From assembly GCA_963814585.1 (NCBI GenBank), contig CAWFDF010000003.1, positions 128,001 to 192,000 of the forward strand: DNA of 64,000 nt, read 5' to 3'. The position numbers and the translations under genes are program-made. The notes beneath the pieces were generated by a model. That model saw only the letters and a list, made by a program, of their open reading frames with translations, ran no database searches and was not told the DNA's origin. Within the stretch, counting starts at the first letter, position 1. Each line of letters begins with the position of its first letter. Origin of the DNA: an uncultured delta proteobacterium (GTDB lineage: Bacteria; Myxococcota; Myxococcia; Myxococcales; Anaeromyxobacteraceae). Shown here piece by piece: positions 41,319-51,122 of the stretch.

Positions 41319-42193
41319 CGGCCCGGGTAGCCCCTCCCTGGCTCTCCGAGCTGCAGGCGGCCTTCGGCGCGCTGCTGCAGAGACCCCTCGACAGGTCCAC
41401 CGGGACGCTGCGGGCCCGCACCGAGGACTACCGGCACGGGCTGGTCGCGCTGGTCAAGCCCGGCTCTGGCCTCGACGCCGGGGGGCGGCTGGCCGTCTAC
41501 CACCGCCAGTACTGGTTCCGGCTGCTCACCGCCTTGCAGGACGACTTCCCGCTGCTGGCCCGCCTGCTCGGCTTCTGGGAGTTCAACGGCTGGGCGGCGC
41601 GGTACCTGGTCGAGGCTCCCCCCGGTGGTTCGAACCTGCAGCGCGCCGGCGACGCCTTCCCCGCTTTCCTCCAGGCCGTCACCGGCCCGGGGTGGGTGGG
41701 CGGAGCGGGCGGCGACCAGATCCCGCGCGCCGCCCTGCTGGAGGCCGCGGCCATCGACGGGGCCTGGCGGGCGGTGCTGGCGGCGCCCGCCGAGCCGCCC
41801 CTCGAGCCGGCCGGGATCGAGGCGTCCAGCTGGCCCTCGCTCCGGCTGCGCCCCCGGGCCTGCTTCGCCGTCGTCGAGGAGCACTGGCCGCTCTGCGAGC
41901 TCCGGCGGCGGCTGGCCGGGCTGCCGGTCGAGCGGGCGGCGCCGCTGCCGCCGCGCCACGGCTCGGCGCGCTGGTTCCTGGTGGGCTGCACCGGGGCCTC
42001 GGTGCTGGAGCGGGAGCTCGGGCCGCTCCAGGCCCGGCTGCTGCGCCTGCTGGGCGAGCTCCCGGTCGGGCAGGCCCTCGCCAGGCTGGAAGCCGGGTGT
42101 GACGAGGCGGCGCGGCGCGACCTGCCCGGGCTGGTGGAGCGCTGGCTGGCCGAGGCGGTCGGCCTCGGCTACTTCGCCGGGGAGGCACGTTGA
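41315..42193 (+). CDS. DUF2063 (HvfC/BufC-like) MNIO partner protein
   Basis: LSELQAAFGALL...RLAVYHRQYWFRLLTALQDDFP.L..LLG...F...A.RY...P; GTGA overlap with DUF692. Confidence 0.88.
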   Translation: MTARVAPPWLSELQAAFGALLQRPLDRSTGTLRARTEDYRHGLVALVKPGSGLDAGGRLAVYHRQYWFRLLTALQDDFPLLARLLGFWEFNGWAARYLVEAPPGGSNLQRAGDAFPAFLQAVTGPGWVGGAGGDQIPRAALLEAAAIDGAWRAVLAAPAEPPLEPAGIEASSWPSLRLRPRACFAVVEEHWPLCELRRRLAGLPVERAAPLPPRHGSARWFLVGCTGASVLERELGPLQARLLRLLGELPVGQALARLEAGCDEAARRDLPGLVERWLAEAVGLGYFAGEAR

Positions 42194-43776
42194 CCCCCTC
42201 GCCGGCACCGGCGACCGGCGAGCCGCCGCTCGGGACGGCCGTACCGGTGCGACGCCTCCTCCTCGCGCTCGACGGCTTCGAGCCGACCGGAGGCGGACTC
42301 TCCCCCTTCGTCGAATTCCTCCTCCGGATCAGGACCGGGCTCACGGCCTCGGACCAGGCGGCGGTGCGCCAGGCTGCCGGCGAGGTGCTGGCCCACCCCG
42401 GCGCCGCGACCAGCGGTCCGTGGGCCATCGCGTTCGCGCTGCTCCTGGCCGCACCGGCACCGGCCTCCGCCCTGGCCCGCTGGCGCCGGGAGCGCTGCGC
42501 CGACCCGGGCCCGCTCCGCGCCGCCGCCGGCCTGCTCGACGCCGTGGTCGCGGAGCTGGCCACCTCGTCACGCCCCTTGCTGCAGATCGACACCGGGACC
42601 ACGCTGGCCGATCCCTGGCGTCGCTGGCTCGGCGAACGACTGGAGGCGGACCCACGGGTCGCGCCGGCCCACACCCGTGACGGCGCCGGGCCCGGCCAGG
42701 CCCTCGTGGCCGGATGGCCGGAGCAGCCGCTGCTGCGGAGGTTCCTCCTCGCCGCCGCCATGTGCGGCGAGGCGTCCCCCGCCCACCCCCTCCTCTCGGC
42801 CATCGGGGTCGGCCCGGACGACCTCGACGGCGCCGTCGACCTGATCGACCAGCGGCTCTGCGGCGAGGGGGGCGAGGACGGCGGCGTGTTCCTCGACGAC
42901 CTGGGCTACCAGCACCCCGGCTTCCCGGGCCTCCTCACGTATCGCTTCGTCGACCCGGCGCTGCGCCAGGGGATCCTGGCGGGTGAGGCCCCAGGGGCCG
43001 TGGCCGGTGAGGCGCGGCGGCTGCGCATCGCCGTGCGGTCCCGCCTGGAGGTCACCACCCGGGCCATCGCCCAGCTCTACGCCAACCTGGGCGGGCTGGA
43101 GGGTCCGCCGGCTGGGGACGGCCCCCGACGGCGGCTTCGCCTCTGGGTCGGCGAAGCCGACGAGGCCAGCCTCGCCGAGACCCTGGCCGAGGAGCTGCGC
43201 CGCGGCGCCGCCGCCCCGCGTGCCCTCCTCGCCACCGCCCTCCGCGACGGCGCGCTTGCCACCCCTCAGCGGCTCGCGCTGCTGGCCGCGGCGCAGGACC
43301 GGGCCGAGGCGGCGGAGCCGGAGCTGGCCCTCGCCATCCACGTGGCCCGGACCCGGCTGCTCCACGAGGCCGGTCGCCTGGACGATGCCGGGCGCAGCGC
43401 CGCCGAGGGACTCCGCTGGGCCGAGGTCCACGGGGAGGCCGGCGACGGCGCCCTCCTCTTCCTCGCGGCCCGCTGCCACCGTGAGCAGCGGCGGCTGGAG
43501 GCTGCGGCGCAGGCCTTCACCGACGCCGCCGGCGTGGCCTCGCTACCGGATCCGGCCGGGAGGGTCAACTGGCACGACCTGGGGGTCTGCCTCGCCGAGG
43601 CCGGGCGCTGCCACGCCGAGCGCGGCGACTGGACCGCGGCGATCCAGCTTCTCGGCGAGGCGGCCATCCACCTGCGGCGCGGCGACCTGGGCGGCACCGT
43701 CCACCGGGATCAGCTGGATCTGGTCCTGAGAAACTTGGCCTCGTGCACGGCCCAGCGCCTGGGGCTCCGGCGGTAG
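42190..43776 (+). CDS. Hypothetical protein with TPR-like C-terminus
   Basis: Long ORF coupled by a TTGA overlap; helical repeats (LFLAARCH...AAQAF; LAEAGRCH...AAIQLL). Confidence 0.6.
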   Translation: MTPSPAPATGEPPLGTAVPVRRLLLALDGFEPTGGGLSPFVEFLLRIRTGLTASDQAAVRQAAGEVLAHPGAATSGPWAIAFALLLAAPAPASALARWRRERCADPGPLRAAAGLLDAVVAELATSSRPLLQIDTGTTLADPWRRWLGERLEADPRVAPAHTRDGAGPGQALVAGWPEQPLLRRFLLAAAMCGEASPAHPLLSAIGVGPDDLDGAVDLIDQRLCGEGGEDGGVFLDDLGYQHPGFPGLLTYRFVDPALRQGILAGEAPGAVAGEARRLRIAVRSRLEVTTRAIAQLYANLGGLEGPPAGDGPRRRLRLWVGEADEASLAETLAEELRRGAAAPRALLATALRDGALATPQRLALLAAAQDRAEAAEPELALAIHVARTRLLHEAGRLDDAGRSAAEGLRWAEVHGEAGDGALLFLAARCHREQRRLEAAAQAFTDAAGVASLPDPAGRVNWHDLGVCLAEAGRCHAERGDWTAAIQLLGEAAIHLRRGDLGGTVHRDQLDLVLRNLASCTAQRLGLRR

Positions 43777-44328
43777 CGCTCCCGGGCCGGCCTGCCGCGG
43801 AACCAGTAGAGCCGAGTCTCCGAAGTCCGCGCTATCGGACTCGATCGGCGGATTGAATGACCTTCCCCCGTTGCGGGACAAGGGCCTTGGCGGCCTGCAT
43901 GAACTGACTGTCGAGCCTGGCACCCCGAGCGCCCACCAGGGTCAGCACTGGCTCGGGAAACGCGGCAATCGCCGCGGCGTGCTCTCGGAGCGTGGCCAGG
44001 CACTCCTCCGAGCCGAGGTTTCGCGAGTCAATCTACGTGGTGCTGTGACCCCGGCGCTCGACCCAGCTCACGTCCACGGAGGGCCCCGGGACCCGAACCT
44101 CGCACCTCAGGTGAAGGCGCGTCCGGTCCCGCGTACGTCAGACGTCGGCGGAACGACTTGCGAGAGGACAGGCCGGGATCTCCAGCGGCGCCCGGATCCC
44201 GGGGGCCATGAGGGCGCCGCCGAGCAGGAACGGCCGCCACCGCAGCGCTGCTCCGGAGCGGGCCGCGCCCCCTCGATGCGCGTCAAGGCGAGGTCGCAGG
44301 GGAGCGCCAGGGTGGACACCAGGACCCG

Positions 44329-45639
44329 CTACTCCCGTCTGCTGCCGTGGCGCCACGCACCCATGGTGAAGCTGGCGACGCCGATGGCGACCAGGATTGC
44401 GCACGGGAGCGCCACCTGGGCCGGGGTGAAGCCGCGCCAGACGGCCCCCTCCAGCGCCAGGATGGCCCACTTCACCGGCGAGACCGTCCCGGCTGCCTGC
44501 ATCCAGGCTGGCATGGCGAGGAGCGGCACCATACCGCCGCCCAGCATGGTGAGCGGCATCATGATGGCCCAGCCCAGCCCGCTGGCCGCCTGCTCGGTCT
44601 TCCCCATCGCCGCCACCAGCATCATGATCCCAACGAAGCAGGCGGCCACCGAGAGCGCCGCCGCCGCGGCCAGCCCCCACGACGACGGGCGCACGCCGAA
44701 GCCGAGCCCTCCCACGGCGAACAGCAGCGCCTCGACCGCGACGATGGCCGTGAAGCAGGCCAGCGCCTTGCCTGCCAGGACGTGGCCGGCCGAGAGCGGC
44801 GAGGCCCGCAGCCGGGTGAGCGTGCCGCGAGTCCGCTCCTGCACCAGCGAGAGCGCGAACCCGAGCGAGCAGCCGATGACGCCCCAGATCATCCCCTGCG
44901 GAAAGGTGACGTCGAAGGCGCTGGCCGGCCCGGCCCGATCGGCTCTCAGCTCCCGCCTCCGGATCTCCAGTGGCTTCCAGCCACCGACCGCCGACGCGTC
45001 GCCACCCGCGGCGCCACCCGACGACGCCGGCTGGCCGTCGATGAAGGTCCGCACCTCGCCGAGGAACCGCTCCGTGGCCGTTCGCTGAGGGCCTGCTGGA
45101 GCGTCGGCGAGGTCGGCGAGCGCGGTGCTCACCATCCGCCGCGAGTTCTCGCCGCCGGCGAAGAGCGCCTGCAACGACTGCATGGCGGCGCCCGTGAGGA
45201 TCCCTTCCAGCATGGCGGCCTCGGCAGCGCGCGCTGGGTCGACGGCCAGCTCGAGCGTGCGAGGCGCTCCGTGGAAGAGCCGCCCCTCGGCCTCCTCATA
45301 CCCTCTCGGCACGATCACCGCCGCGGTGAGCTTCCCGGCGCGGACCCGGGCCTCGGCCTCGGCGCGCGGGAGCAGCGTCACCTGCACGCCCTCGGTGGCC
45401 GAGAGCCGGGCGACCAGGGCCAGCGCGGCCGGGGAGCCGTCCTCGTCGACCGCGCCCACCTGGATCCGGCCGCGCTGCCCGCCGCCCCCGAAGATCAGGC
45501 CGAAGAACAGGGCGATCAGCACCGGCCAGCCCAGCGAGAAGAAGAGCGCGGCGCGGTTGTGGAGCAGCAGGCGCAGGTCCTTCACGGCCAGCGCCACTAC
45601 CGGCCGCAGCACCGACGAGATGGGGAGGGGGCCGATCAT
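44329..45639 (-). CDS. ABC-2 type transporter permease
   Basis: KDLRLLL, ERTRGTL.RL..SPL, LGGGMVPL..MP.W, SPVKWA. Confidence 0.9.
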   Translation of the reverse strand: MIGPLPISSVLRPVVALAVKDLRLLLHNRAALFFSLGWPVLIALFFGLIFGGGGQRGRIQVGAVDEDGSPAALALVARLSATEGVQVTLLPRAEAEARVRAGKLTAAVIVPRGYEEAEGRLFHGAPRTLELAVDPARAAEAAMLEGILTGAAMQSLQALFAGGENSRRMVSTALADLADAPAGPQRTATERFLGEVRTFIDGQPASSGGAAGGDASAVGGWKPLEIRRRELRADRAGPASAFDVTFPQGMIWGVIGCSLGFALSLVQERTRGTLTRLRASPLSAGHVLAGKALACFTAIVAVEALLFAVGGLGFGVRPSSWGLAAAAALSVAACFVGIMMLVAAMGKTEQAASGLGWAIMMPLTMLGGGMVPLLAMPAWMQAAGTVSPVKWAILALEGAVWRGFTPAQVALPCAILVAIGVASFTMGAWRHGSRRE

Positions 45640-46484
45640 TCGTCGCGCAGCCTCCGCCCGGTCAGCTTGAGGAACACCTGCTCCAGGCTCGGCCGCTCCA
45701 CGTGGAAGTCGTCGACCCGGGCCTCGGCCGCCAGCCGCAGCAACGCGCCGGCCGGATCCGCGGTGGGGAACCGCCGCACCTCGCCGCCCACCTTGGCCAC
45801 CAGCACCGGCGCATCGCCGTGGAGCCGGATCAGGCTGGGGACCGTGTCGAGCGCCAGCACCCGGCCCTGGTCGACGATGGCCACCCGATCGCAGAGTCGC
45901 TCCGCCTCCTCCATGTAGTGGGTGGTGTAGACCACCGTGAGCCCGGACCGCCTCAGCTCCACGATCCGGTCGAGGATGGCATGGCGCGACTGCGGATCGA
46001 CGCCGGCGGTCGGCTCGTCGAGCAGCACCAGGCGCGGCTCATGGAGCAGCGCCGCGGCCAGGTTGAGCCGGCGCTGCATGCCGCCGGAGTAGCCGCCGAC
46101 CCGGTCGCGGCGCCGGTCGCGCAGGGCGGCGAAGTCGAGCGCCCAGTCGATGCGGGCCTCCAGGGCCACGCCGGCCAGGCCGTAGACCCGGCCGAAGAAG
46201 CGCAGGTTCTCCTCGCCGGTGAGCTCGGCATAGAGGGCCACCGCCTGGGGCGCCAGCCCGAGGTGGCGCCGCACCGCCGGGTCGGTCGGTGCGCCCAACC
46301 CGTCGATGGCGACGGTGCCGGCGTCCGGGGCCAGCAGCCCGAGGGCGAGGTGGACGGTGGTCGACTTGCCGGCGCCATTGGGGCCGAGCAGCCCGAGGAC
46401 CTCCCCGCGCTGGACCCGCAGGGAGAGGCCGTCCACGGCGACGGTGGCGCCGTAGGCCTTGCGCAGGTCGGTGAGCGCGAGCAC
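45636..46484 (-). CDS. ABC transporter ATP-binding protein (drug-exporter type)
   Basis: GPNGAGKST, YSGGMQRR, LDEPTAGVDPQSR, TTHYMEEAE, SLEQVFL.LTG; ATGA overlap with the permease. Confidence 0.94.
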   Translation of the reverse strand: MLALTDLRKAYGATVAVDGLSLRVQRGEVLGLLGPNGAGKSTTVHLALGLLAPDAGTVAIDGLGAPTDPAVRRHLGLAPQAVALYAELTGEENLRFFGRVYGLAGVALEARIDWALDFAALRDRRRDRVGGYSGGMQRRLNLAAALLHEPRLVLLDEPTAGVDPQSRHAILDRIVELRRSGLTVVYTTHYMEEAERLCDRVAIVDQGRVLALDTVPSLIRLHGDAPVLVAKVGGEVRRFPTADPAGALLRLAAEARVDDFHVERPSLEQVFLKLTGRRLRDE

Positions 46485-46599
46485 GCCTTGGGACTGTAGC
46501 GTCCAGGCCGTGCGGCTGCCACCGCGAGTGATGGGGGGAAGGCGGCGGTGAGCCCTGGACCCGCGAGAAGTGGCCGCAGGTGAAGAAGCCCCTCCACGC

Positions 46600-46815
46600 G
46601 ATGCCATGCCACCGGGTTCCATGGCGCAGGGGAAGCGGGCCATCGTACGCCTCACCGACTCGCTCGCACTGGTGGGTTCGGGGTGGAGCATGACCATGGG
46701 CTCCAGGAAGGTCTCGGGGACGAGCGGCCTGGTCCTCGTGCGCAAGGGCGGCGAGTGGAAGGCCAAGGCGATGGTCGATGGGGGCTGGGGTGACCTGCCC
46801 ATGGCAACGGCGGCG
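46600..46815 (+). pseudogene. Possible 3' fragment of an NTF2/SnoaL-like gene
   Basis: LTDSLALV...LVLVRKGGEWKAKAMVDGGWGD reads like a coding C-terminus with GC3 bias, but has no credible 5' part. Confidence 0.35.
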
Positions 46816-46823
46816 CCGGTCGG

Positions 46824-47894
46824 TCACCCGACGACCCGGGGCCCGCCGGCGCCTCCCTGGAACAGGTCCAGCTGGGCGCCGCGCCCCGGGCGCCGGAACG
46901 TGGACGGCTCGTGCCCCACCTCCTCGAACCGGGACTCGGCGTAGCCCAGCCGCCTGCAGGTGGCCCGGAACAGGTCGGCCATGGTGGCCGCGTAGGGGCC
47001 CGTACCGCGCCCTCGACGTCCCACCCGGTCGTCGGTGATCGCGCCGCCACGGGTCTCGCGGATCAGGTGCAGGATGCGCTCGGCCCGCTCCGGCAGGGCT
47101 TCCTTGATCCTCTCCTCGAAGACCCGGGCCACCGGCCCGGGCAGGCGCAGGAGCTGCCACCCCGCCGTCGCCGCGCCGGCGTCTCGCGCCGCCGCCAGGA
47201 CGCGGGGGAGCTCGTCATCCAGCCCGGGGATGACCGGCGCCACCAGCACCGTGGGCGCGAGCCCGGCCTCGGCCAGGCGGGCGATGAGCCGGAGCCGGCG
47301 CGCCGGCGAGGGGGCTCCCGGCTCGAGCCTCCGGGCCAGCACCTCGTCGACGTACGGCAGGCTGACCGCCACGCTCACCCGCGCCTCGTCGCGCAGCCGG
47401 ACCAGGAGGTCCAGGTCGCGCTCGAGCAGCGCCCCCTTGGTCACGATGCCCACCGGGTTCCGGTACTCGATGCAGACCTCCAGGCAGCGGCGGGCCAGGC
47501 GGTAGGCGGCCTCCAGCGGCTGCCAGGCGTCGGTCCCGCCGGAGAAGGCCACCGTCTCTCCCTTCCAGCCCGGCCTCTCGAAGGCGGCGCGGAGCAGCTC
47601 CGGGGCGCGCTGCTTCACCACCAGCCGGGTCTCGAAGTCGGTGCCGGCGCCCCAGCCCAGGTACTCGTGGTAGGCGCGCGCGTAGCAGTAGGCGCAGGCG
47701 TGGAGGCAGCCGCGGTAGGGGTTGACGCTCCAGGTGAACCCGACGTCGGGGCTGTCGTTGCGGGACAGGATCTCGAGCGTGGCGTCGGCGAGGATCTCCA
47801 GCCGGGCGGGCCGGGGCTCGAGCCACTCGACGTCGGCGGAGAGCCACGGGTTGGGCGGGTTGGAGACGATCCGGGGCTTCACGCCGCACAGCAT
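46824..47894 (-). CDS. PA0069/Rv2578c-family radical SAM protein (spore photoproduct lyase-like)
   Basis: NDSPDVGF..SVNPYRGCLHACAYCYAR (CxxxCxxC), GTDFET, TD.WQP.E, LLRLP. Confidence 0.9.
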   Translation of the reverse strand: MLCGVKPRIVSNPPNPWLSADVEWLEPRPARLEILADATLEILSRNDSPDVGFTWSVNPYRGCLHACAYCYARAYHEYLGWGAGTDFETRLVVKQRAPELLRAAFERPGWKGETVAFSGGTDAWQPLEAAYRLARRCLEVCIEYRNPVGIVTKGALLERDLDLLVRLRDEARVSVAVSLPYVDEVLARRLEPGAPSPARRLRLIARLAEAGLAPTVLVAPVIPGLDDELPRVLAAARDAGAATAGWQLLRLPGPVARVFEERIKEALPERAERILHLIRETRGGAITDDRVGRRGRGTGPYAATMADLFRATCRRLGYAESRFEEVGHEPSTFRRPGRGAQLDLFQGGAGGPRVVG

Positions 47895-48014
47895 GACGGA
47901 ACGCCCGTTCAGGTCAAGGGCCGGCCCTCGAGAGGCCCGGGATCGGGCCGGCCGGGACGGTCGAGAGGCCGCCCCCGGTGGCCGGTCCGGCGCCGGGGCT
48001 CGGGGCGTGGACCT

Positions 48015-49019
48015 TCAGCGGAACTCGAGGATCGCCCCGTCGGCCAGGGTGGCGAGGTGGAGCCGGCCGTCGCGCACCAGCCAGGAGCGGACGAAGCCGA
48101 GCTGCTGCAGGTACTTGTCGGAGAGTGAACCGGGCGGGCAGGCGGCGCGGGTGGAGGCCAGCGGGCCGAAGCCGAGGCGCGGCCCGTCGAGGGTGTAGCT
48201 CCCCGCGGCCCGGTTGCAGTCGGCGAGAACCTCGGCCCGGCCCGCGGGATCCAGCCGGAGCGTGTACCGCGCCGGCTCCGGCGGGGTGAGCACGGCGTCG
48301 TCCCCGAACCGGATGCGGACCAGCTCCCAGGTCCGGCCCTGGAGCCCGGCCGGGGACGGCGTTGCGGCGCCCGCCGCGGGGCCGGGGCGGTGCGGGGCGG
48401 CTGGCCCTGCGGCGGGCCAGGCGACCGGTGCCGTGGCCGCCGTGGCGGCGACCAGCCGCAGGCCGGAGGCGACCCGCTCCACCGTGTAGGTCGCCGCCGA
48501 GGTGCGCGACGGGCAGCAGAGCGGGTCGGACGGCGCGTAGCGGGCGAAGCTCGCCGCCACCGCGCCGGCACCGACGAGCCGGAGCTCCCGCGCCGAGCCC
48601 TCGGTGCGGGAGTCCATGGGCGCCGGTGAGATGGTGCCGGCGAACCGCCCTTCGACGAAGACGAAGCCCTGGAAGGCGAGCGGCCGGCACATCCCGTCGA
48701 CGCCGGCGTGGCCCTCCACCAGCTCGGTGGCGCCGAAGCGCTGGAGCGGGCCGTGCAGCCTCCACCCCGCGGCCACCACCGCCTGGTCCGCCCGGGAGGC
48801 CTGGTCCGCCGGCCGCTCGGCGTCCCGGCAACGGTCCCGGAGCCCGCCATCCGACGCCGTTGCCGGGGCTCCCGGGACGGCGGCGCCGGCCCGGTTCCAC
48901 GGGGCGGGGCGATCGGCGTCGAGCCAGCTCGCCGCGGGACCCGGCGGCGGATCGGCCGTTCCGGCCGGCTCCCTGGCGGAGAGGAGCGCGAGGAGGGCGA
49001 CGAGCTGGGCAGCGGCCAT
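48015..49019 (-). CDS. Secreted protein with LppP/LprE-like region and C-terminal META domain
   Basis: Signal peptide; DGMCRP, Y..SDPLCCPS; META-like ADCNR..GSY...FGPLASTRAACPPGS. Confidence 0.75.
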   Translation of the reverse strand: MAAAQLVALLALLSAREPAGTADPPPGPAASWLDADRPAPWNRAGAAVPGAPATASDGGLRDRCRDAERPADQASRADQAVVAAGWRLHGPLQRFGATELVEGHAGVDGMCRPLAFQGFVFVEGRFAGTISPAPMDSRTEGSARELRLVGAGAVAASFARYAPSDPLCCPSRTSAATYTVERVASGLRLVAATAATAPVAWPAAGPAAPHRPGPAAGAATPSPAGLQGRTWELVRIRFGDDAVLTPPEPARYTLRLDPAGRAEVLADCNRAAGSYTLDGPRLGFGPLASTRAACPPGSLSDKYLQQLGFVRSWLVRDGRLHLATLADGAILEFR

Positions 49020-49295
49020 GGTGGACTCCTGGCCCCGGGACGGTGACCTGCGAGGAGGGCTCCCCGGCCTTGCGCCGGGGCGGCCATGTTAGACGAAGCA
49101 GGGCCTGGGCACGGTCGTCACGCCCACCTGGGACGAAGACTTCACGTGCGCTGACCTCCGGCTGGTGGCGACGGCGACGTGCGGGGACGGGGTGGCGTCC
49201 GCTGCGGGATCGGGGGCCAGCTCACCGCCGCAGTCGCCTGGTCCACCTGCCGGGATCCCGTGCGCCGCGGCCGGGCTCGTGTTACTCGGCTGGGG

Positions 49296-50420
49296 ATGCC
49301 GGATCGGGCCGCACGGCGCGTCTTCGCGGCGGGCGCCCTGGCGCTCGCCTGCGGCGCCCTGGCCGAGGCCGGCCCGGAGGTCTTCGTGCAGCCGCGCGAC
49401 CAGGACGAGCGCTTCGCCAACCTGGATGGGGAGGGGCCGCTCGGCTTCTCCTCGGTGCTGCGCTGGAAGGTGTGGGACGGGTGGATCCTCGGCAAGAACC
49501 GGAAGTCGCCCGACCGCGCGCCGATGCCCCGCGTCGAGCCGGACTGGGAGGCGATCGCGATGCCGCCCGGGCCGGGCGAGGGGGCCCGGCTCACCTGGAT
49601 CGGGCACGCCACCTGGCTGGTGCAGCTCGACGGCAAGAGCTTCCTCACCGACCCGGTGCTGGGCGACTCCATCACCGGCTTCATCAGCCGCAACGTGCCG
49701 CCCGGCGTCCCCTTCGAGCGCCTGCCGAGGATCGACGCGGTCCTGGTCTCGCACAGCCACTACGACCACCTGGACCTGCCCACCCTGGAGCGGCTGGGCG
49801 CGCCGGTGGTGGCCGGCCTGGGGATGGCGGCCATCCTCCGGGACGAGGAGCTGGCCGGCACCGACCTGGGGTGGTGGCAGTCCACCGAGGTGGGCGGGGT
49901 GCGGGTCACCTTCGTGCCCGCCCAGCACTTCAGCCAGCGCGGGCTGGGCGACCGGAACGAGACGCTCTGGGGTGGCTTCGTGATCGAGGGTTCGTCGGCC
50001 ACCGTCTACCACGCCGGGGACACCGCCTACTTCCAGGGCTTCAGGCAGATCGGCGAGCGCTTCGCCATCGACGCCGCCCTGCTCCCCATCGGCGCCTACG
50101 ACCCGCGCTGGTTCATGAAGGCGGCCCACGTCGATCCCTCGGAGGCGCTGCAGGCCTTCGTCGATCTCGGGGCCCAGACCCTCCTGGCCATGCACTGGGG
50201 CACCTTCAAGCTGGCCGACGAGCCGCTCGACGAGCCGCCTCGCCTGCTCGAGGAGGGGCGGGTGCAGCGTGGGCTCCCGCCCGAGCGGGTGCGGGCTCCG
50301 GCCATCGGCGAGACCGTGCTGGTGCGCCGCGCCGCGGCGCCATCGGCAGCCACATCGCCATCGGCAGCGGCGGCGGAGCTGCCGCCCGCCGGAGATGGAG
50401 CCTTGCCGCTGAAGCCGTAG
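49296..50420 (+). CDS. MBL-fold metallo-hydrolase (RomA/NAPE-PLD-like)
   Basis: TWIGHAT, LTDPV, SHSHYDHLD, PAQHFS.R, AGDTAY, PIGAY.P, MHWGTF. Confidence 0.92.
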   Translation: MPDRAARRVFAAGALALACGALAEAGPEVFVQPRDQDERFANLDGEGPLGFSSVLRWKVWDGWILGKNRKSPDRAPMPRVEPDWEAIAMPPGPGEGARLTWIGHATWLVQLDGKSFLTDPVLGDSITGFISRNVPPGVPFERLPRIDAVLVSHSHYDHLDLPTLERLGAPVVAGLGMAAILRDEELAGTDLGWWQSTEVGGVRVTFVPAQHFSQRGLGDRNETLWGGFVIEGSSATVYHAGDTAYFQGFRQIGERFAIDAALLPIGAYDPRWFMKAAHVDPSEALQAFVDLGAQTLLAMHWGTFKLADEPLDEPPRLLEEGRVQRGLPPERVRAPAIGETVLVRRAAAPSAATSPSAAAAELPPAGDGALPLKP

Positions 50421-50547
50421 CCCGCTTCGCCGGCAGGCGCCTCCGGCTCACCGGACGGTGCCCCGACCCGGGCTGGCAGGTGCACCCGCGCCGCCGACGG
50501 GCGGCCGCGGCGGGGCCCGGCGCGCGCCAGGTCGGGCCGGCCCGGCC

Positions 50548-51012
50548 CTACCGGAACGGCCCGGTCATGGCGAAGAAGCCCTGGATCTTCTCGTTGGTCT
50601 CGCGCAGCCGCTCCGAGAGCGTCCGCACGAAGGCCCAGAGCACCACCGTCGCGAGGTCCTTGTCGACGAACATCAGCTGCTCCAGCTCCTCCCGCCTCAG
50701 CACCGCCAGGGCGCAGCTGGTGTGGGCCAGCGCGTCGGCGCTGCGCGGCGAGTCGTCGATCATCGCCATCTCGCCGAACCAGGCGCCCGGCTCGAGGATG
50801 GCCAGCGCCTCCTCGCCGACCCCGGGCAGCCGCTTGGAGATGCGGACTCGCCCGGAGAGCACCACGTACATCTCGTCCCCCACCGCGCCCTCGGCGAAGA
50901 TGGTGGCCCCACCCGGGAGCTCGCGCCGCGAGGTGATCGAGGCCACCCGGGCCAGCTGCTCGGTGGAGAGGGTCTGGAAGAGCGGGCAGGCGCGGAGGCT
51001 GGCGGCGTCCAT
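50548..51012 (-). CDS. Stand-alone cyclic nucleotide-binding domain protein
   Basis: IFAEGAVGDEMYVVLSG.V, FGEMAMID..PRSA; no HTH follows. Confidence 0.88.
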   Translation of the reverse strand: MDAASLRACPLFQTLSTEQLARVASITSRRELPGGATIFAEGAVGDEMYVVLSGRVRISKRLPGVGEEALAILEPGAWFGEMAMIDDSPRSADALAHTSCALAVLRREELEQLMFVDKDLATVVLWAFVRTLSERLRETNEKIQGFFAMTGPFR

Positions 51013-51122
51013 GGGTGGCGACGATACCAGACCGGGGGTGGGCCGAACCGCCACGGTGACAGCCCGGCTCACAGGGGCTACAACCAGTCGCCGCGTCGCC
51101 CGCGGGAGGGGAGCCCAACGTC

